From NCBI GenBank assembly GCA_963761865.1, contig CAVXIE010000003.1, positions 127,960-191,959 on the forward strand: a DNA stretch of 64,000 bases, written 5' to 3'. Below the pieces are notes generated by a model. It searched no databases. It worked only from the letters and a program-made list of their open reading frames with translations, and was not told the DNA's origin. Of this stretch, positions 62,534-64,000 are shown piece after piece. Origin of the DNA: Candidatus Staskawiczbacteria bacterium. Lineage in GTDB: Bacteria > Patescibacteriota > Minisyncoccia > Minisyncoccales > Staskawiczbacteraceae. Numbering within the stretch: position 1 is the first letter of the stretch; each line of letters opens with the position of its first letter. The translations under genes and the position numbers were made by a program.

Positions 62534-63979
62534 TTAATCTCCGCCCATTAAAAAATCTTTCAGGAAATCAAATTCCTTTTTTTCTAAACCTTTAAACAAT
62601 AATATAAGAGAAAAATATAAAATAGTTGCAACAGATATAACACCTAAAGTTTGCCAAAGACCAAGCGGATTAACTTTGAAGACAAATAATGACATTATGA
62701 CAGAAGCCAAAACACTTTTTGATATAAATTTCCAGTCTATTTCAAAGACCAGACTTTTGAAGGAATAAAACCATGTTAGAGCAAAGATAGTTATATAGGC
62801 TAGGAGGGTCGTTATTGCTGCGCCCAAGATTCCAAAACGTGGTACGAATATAAAGTTTAGTCCAACGTTCAATATAGAAGCGATAATCCAAACGACCCCG
62901 CTTATGTGAGTTTTCTTTTTAAGGGCGATTGTCTGGTCAAAGATATTATAAACTCCGAAAAGCAACATACTTAATGCAATAAATGGAATAACAAAGTAAG
63001 AGTGTTGTGCTATTTCAGTGGTAGAGAAAATTGTCAGTAATCTTTTTGACAGAACAGAAAGTCCGAAAACTGAAGGGATAGCTATTATCAAAAAATATTT
63101 TAGGGAATATTTAAGATAATTCTTCACTGTATCAATTTCATTTGCATCGTGATGCTTTGCAAGAGTCGCCGGCAACAAGAAACCGAGCGGTCCCATAAAA
63201 AAAGACAAAACACATCCTAGTGTATAGGCCGGCGCATAATAACCGACAAAAATAGTACCGAGGAAAAATCCTATAAAATATTTGTCGCTTGATTGAATAA
63301 CCCAATAAGAAGCCTCAGTAGGTATCAGCGGCAAACTGAAATACAGATAATTTTTTATTCGTAAGAAGTGAGGGACCCTAATGCCAATTTCTTTTATGAT
63401 AATAGCGCCCATTATGGTGAATATTATAATCCGTATTACCAGGAGCGACAAAATTGCCCCGAATATCCCATAACCCAAAGAAATTGCTAAAATAACCAGT
63501 CCGGTTTCACCCAGGTTTTGGCCGATACTGAAAATGGTATACCTTTTAATCTGCTGGAATGCCCTGAATACGCATCCGAATAACTGGTTTAAGCATTCAA
63601 ATAATATAAATCCCGCCAACACCCAGATGAAAATTTTATTAGTTCCTAAAAATTTTGATACTGGATTTGCAAAAAATATTAAAAGTAATGAAATTATTGA
63701 AGAAACTACGAATATTACAACAAATACAGACCAAATTCCGTCCTGTATTTCTTTTTTATCTTTTTCCCCCGCCAGAAATCTGACTAAAGTATACGGTAGA
63801 CTTAAAAGCGCAATTGGAGTGATAAGTCCCGCGGTAACTAGCACCTGAGTCCAAACTCCATAATTTTGCGCGCCTAAAAGTTTCGTGATTATAGGCAGAA
63901 GAATAATTCCGCTTAGTGCGCTTAACAGCTGCGCTATTACTAAAATTCCAATATCTTTTGTAAATTTTTTATAAGACAT
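62534..63979 (-). CDS. wzx: Oligosaccharide flippase (Wzx, MOP/polysaccharide biosynthesis protein family)
   Basis: 481 aa with about 12-14 TM segments and the typical N-terminus (KDIGILVIAQLLSALSGIILLPIITKLLG). It sits in the sugar cluster. Confidence 0.75.
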   Translation of the reverse strand: MSYKKFTKDIGILVIAQLLSALSGIILLPIITKLLGAQNYGVWTQVLVTAGLITPIALLSLPYTLVRFLAGEKDKKEIQDGIWSVFVVIFVVSSIISLLLIFFANPVSKFLGTNKIFIWVLAGFILFECLNQLFGCVFRAFQQIKRYTIFSIGQNLGETGLVILAISLGYGIFGAILSLLVIRIIIFTIMGAIIIKEIGIRVPHFLRIKNYLYFSLPLIPTEASYWVIQSSDKYFIGFFLGTIFVGYYAPAYTLGCVLSFFMGPLGFLLPATLAKHHDANEIDTVKNYLKYSLKYFLIIAIPSVFGLSVLSKRLLTIFSTTEIAQHSYFVIPFIALSMLLFGVYNIFDQTIALKKKTHISGVVWIIASILNVGLNFIFVPRFGILGAAITTLLAYITIFALTWFYSFKSLVFEIDWKFISKSVLASVIMSLFVFKVNPLGLWQTLGVISVATILYFSLILLFKGLEKKEFDFLKDFLMGGD

Positions 63980-64000
63980 AATTAGTCAATCTTAACATAA

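Noticed and set aside
1-64000. Alternative genetic code (UGA recoded, as in some CPR lineages)
   Set aside because: Conserved genes are full length under code 11, and TGA is used as a genuine stop, for example at glyA (17800-17802) and ybeY. The frame breaks seen are indels, not in-frame TGA codons.

Overview
This is a gene-dense, AT-rich chromosomal segment with about 60 protein genes and one tRNA. I saw no rRNA, CRISPR array, cas gene, transposase or integrase.

**Likely organism (inference).** The content fits a small-genome Patescibacteria/CPR (Parcubacteria-like) bacterium:
- compact housekeeping genes: glyQS, metG, leuS, hisS, glyA, topA, rel/spoT, a short mfd, pth, lepB, rpsU, ybeY, ftsA, ftsZ;
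- DNA-uptake genes dprA and comEC;
- many envelope and surface genes: DUF11-like and Big_2 adhesins, a roughly 1100-aa peptidoglycan-binding Ser/Thr-rich surface protein, GT2 and GT-B glycosyltransferases, an O-antigen-ligase/TPR protein, and a nonulosonic-acid (NeuB-type) sugar cluster with a Wzx flippase.

The standard code (11) fits. Housekeeping ORFs are full length, and TGA is used as a stop.

**Unexplained structure.**
1. Five visibly G+C-rich mini-cassettes sit between AT-rich housekeeping genes (about 10.7, 15.9, 25.3, 28.3-29.3 and 38.7-39.4 kb). Each has its own promoter-like signal and a strong intrinsic terminator; four of the six ORFs have clear AGGAG/GAGG-type ribosome-binding sites, while the two ORFs in the 28.3-29.3 kb island have only weak ones. 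One encodes CsrA and one a beta-carbonic-anhydrase-like zinc-site protein. Native genes almost entirely lack Shine-Dalgarno sequences.
2. A family of 7-nt-periodic tracts occurs in at least eight places. Seven lie just downstream of a stop codon and/or directly before the next start codon. Three form imperfect palindromes built from TTAGSTK and CTAWAAS heptads. One lies in frame inside metG.
3. At least eleven single-base frame disruptions all lie between 31 and 61 kb. At least five are in clpB and one is in the adjacent htrA. The others hit hisS (in an A8 run), the large surface protein and two sugar-cluster genes.
4. A LAGLIDADG protein with two Myb/SANT-like N-terminal repeats, plus an acidic PRTase-like protein, is inserted between dprA and topA.
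5. FtsZ stops at the end of its globular core, with no linker or FtsA-binding tail.
6. Four near-identical 270-bp tandem repeats encode Ig-like domains.

**Limits.** All calls come from reading the sequence and the ORF track. No searches or numerical composition statistics were run.
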